Source: Rebecca billardiae RCC1528 (lineage: Eukaryota > Protista > Haptophyta). Taken from it: a stretch of DNA of 64,000 nt. The notes under the pieces were generated by a model, which was given only the letters and a program-made list of their open reading frames with translations, was not told the DNA's origin and did not search any database. The translations under genes were made by a program, and so were the position numbers. Location: positions 2,914,001 to 2,978,000 of the forward strand of contig OZ251225.1 of the NCBI GenBank assembly GCA_965240325.2, given 5' to 3'. Positions within the stretch are counted from its first letter, which is position 1. Every line of letters begins with the position of its first letter. Below are positions 63,505 through 64,000 of this stretch, one piece after another.

Positions 63505-64000
63505 TCAGGCCCGGCTCCCCCCGGTCACACGCCTGGCCATCACCACGGGTCGTTCACACGACGGCGTCGAGACGACGCTGGCTGTGACCAGCTGCGGCAG
63601 CTGCGATGATCGCGGCCGCCGCGCTGCCACAACGTCCGGAGCAGTGGCTGTGCTGCTGGCGCGCTTCCGCTGGCGCTTGGCGGCGCTCGTCACTTCGTTG
63701 GGGCTCTTCATGTCTTGCTGCAGCCCGCGCTTGTGCCGACCTGAACTCCGATGGCGCTTCATGCCGGCCAGCTTGTGCGCAGCGCAACGGCTGGCGCGCG
63801 CGTCGCCCGGCATGCCGAATGAAGGCCCCGTGGTGCAGCCCGTGTGATCGCACTTGGGGTTCTTCAGGTCGACCATGCCGGCCAGCTTGTGCGCAGCGCA
63901 CCGGCTGGCGCGCGCGTCGCCCGGCATGCCGAATGAAGGCCCCTTGGTGCAGCCCGTGTGATCGCACTTGCGGCTGTTCAGGTCGACCATGCCGGCCAGC
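63505..64000 (-). CDS. EsV-1-7 cysteine-rich repeat protein (5' part lies outside the window)
   Basis: 38-aa (114-bp) repeats MVDL...KCDHTGCT.GPSFGMPGDARASRCAAHKLAG fit the C-x4-C-xn-C-x2-H..GMVD pattern; basic NLS-like AKRQRKR. Confidence 0.8.
   Translation of the reverse strand, partial: LAGMVDLNSRKCDHTGCTKGPSFGMPGDARASRCAAHKLAGMVDLKNPKCDHTGCTTGPSFGMPGDARASRCAAHKLAGMKRHRSSGRHKRGLQQDMKSPNEVTSAAKRQRKRASSTATAPDVVAARRPRSSQLPQLVTASVVSTPSCERPVVMARRVTGGSRA

Noticed and set aside
62826-63587. ORFs with a duplicated 63-aa unit
   Set aside because: By-product of the 189-bp tandem repeat, open in several frames and without coding-like bias

Overview
Gene-dense, very GC-rich eukaryotic nuclear DNA with short GC-rich GT-AG introns. 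Signal-peptide-led plastid-type enzymes and an axonemal gene suggest a flagellated alga with a complex plastid; a haptophyte such as Pavlovales is my inference, not proven. There are about 27 protein genes. Recognisable ones are PXMP4, an M43 metalloprotease, a CrtI-type desaturase, two Sulfotransfer_2 genes (one with an in-frame TAG), ATIC/purH, YhbY/CRM, two H3 genes, H2B, PMM, CFAP57, a GH5 glucanase and LipB. Others are a HEXXH+VHL protein, an IQ+BAG protein, DUF1824+NifU, three RING proteins, a tesmin/CXC protein, a nucleoside hydrolase-WD40-multi-TM fusion, a carboxylesterase and an EsV-1-7 repeat protein. Most genes sit in tight head-to-head pairs, while the AT-richer spacers between 3' ends carry (TA)n tracts and small transposon relics. 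The most striking signal is an identical 16-nt hairpin, GGTGTA-TATC-TACACC, about 100-130 nt after the stop codon of all three intron-containing histone genes, whose 3' UTRs are otherwise unrelated. It has the geometry of the histone 3' stem-loop but a non-canonical sequence. All gene models, splice sites and family assignments were made by eye without database searches.
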